A stretch of 64,000 nucleotides of DNA from the human T2T-CHM13v2.0 reference genome, Homo sapiens: assembly GCF_009914755.1 (NCBI RefSeq), contig NC_060934.1; one strand, written 5' to 3'. Below the pieces are notes generated by a model that saw only the letters and a list, made by a program, of their open reading frames with translations, was not told where the DNA came from and made no database searches. Of this stretch, positions 62,698-64,000 are shown piece by piece; the first letter of the stretch is position 1, and each line of letters opens with the position of its first letter. A program made the position numbers and the translations under genes.

Positions 62698-63357
62698 ACC
62701 ATGTTCTAGATTCTCTTATTACAGGAACGGCCTCAGAGTGACCTATGGAGGCCTAGAGTGAATGGGACTTTAAGATTCAACTGAGTTTAAATCCAAAATC
62801 CAAGAAGACCATAGAACCTGGTGATTTCCCTAAATGAGGAATAATCTCAAACCAGGACAGACCTCAACATTGATCCCAGTGCATTTTGTCTCACACCCCA
62901 GACCCACTGCTGCCTAGTTTCATGCTCCTATATTTGGCTTAAAACTAAACTGATCTTTACAGATAGATAGGCGAAAGTACCACGTATAATAGGTCTTTTG
63001 TTGACAGCTATTCTGTACACAGGAGATAAGTGGCCAGATACTCTTATGATGCAATGATTATGGAGGCAGAGCTTATATGTGCACTTTTAGGTTTGAAAGT
63101 GTTTAGGTTCCAAGCAATTAACTATTACCAACATAATAGAGATTTTTTTTATTTTTTAAGCAATTAAATGGGAAGAGAAAGCATACTTATTAAGTGACTT
63201 TGGTTTTTTTATGGACATTGTACATTTTGCTTCCTCTAACTAAATTCTTAGCTCTCTTAAGCCACTAGTAAGAAGTACAAATATTTACAATCAAGAGTAT
63301 TTACTCAGTCATGGTGTCAGTTTAAAATAACCCAAATGAACAACAATAGGAAAATAG

Positions 63358-64000
<643 letters not shown>

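Overview
Primate (human-like) genomic DNA from inside PLCE1 (phospholipase C epsilon 1), transcribed on the + strand. It holds two coding exons of the RasGEF/CDC25-like region (4290-4606 and 60407-60552) separated by a 55.8-kb intron. The rest is intronic and rich in Alu, L1, L2, MIR, MaLR LTR and hAT/MER elements and microsatellites, and nearly all ORFs in the supplied track are repeat-derived or chance. No new multi-gene system is evident. The notable signals are structural: (1) an Alu carrying an apparent 63-nt 3' transduction inside a perfect 19-bp TSD; (2) a 225-bp, 95%-identical inverted duplication of non-Alu sequence; (3) a 193-bp, 97%-identical direct duplication around a 1.7-kb cassette; (4) a locally templated multi-segment insertion inside an Alu; (5) a 3'-truncated 5S rRNA retrocopy nested in a MER58-like element; (6) an exon junction that would reconstitute a strong 5' splice site (re-splicing candidate). 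Repeat subfamily calls and old-repeat boundaries are by eye and approximate.
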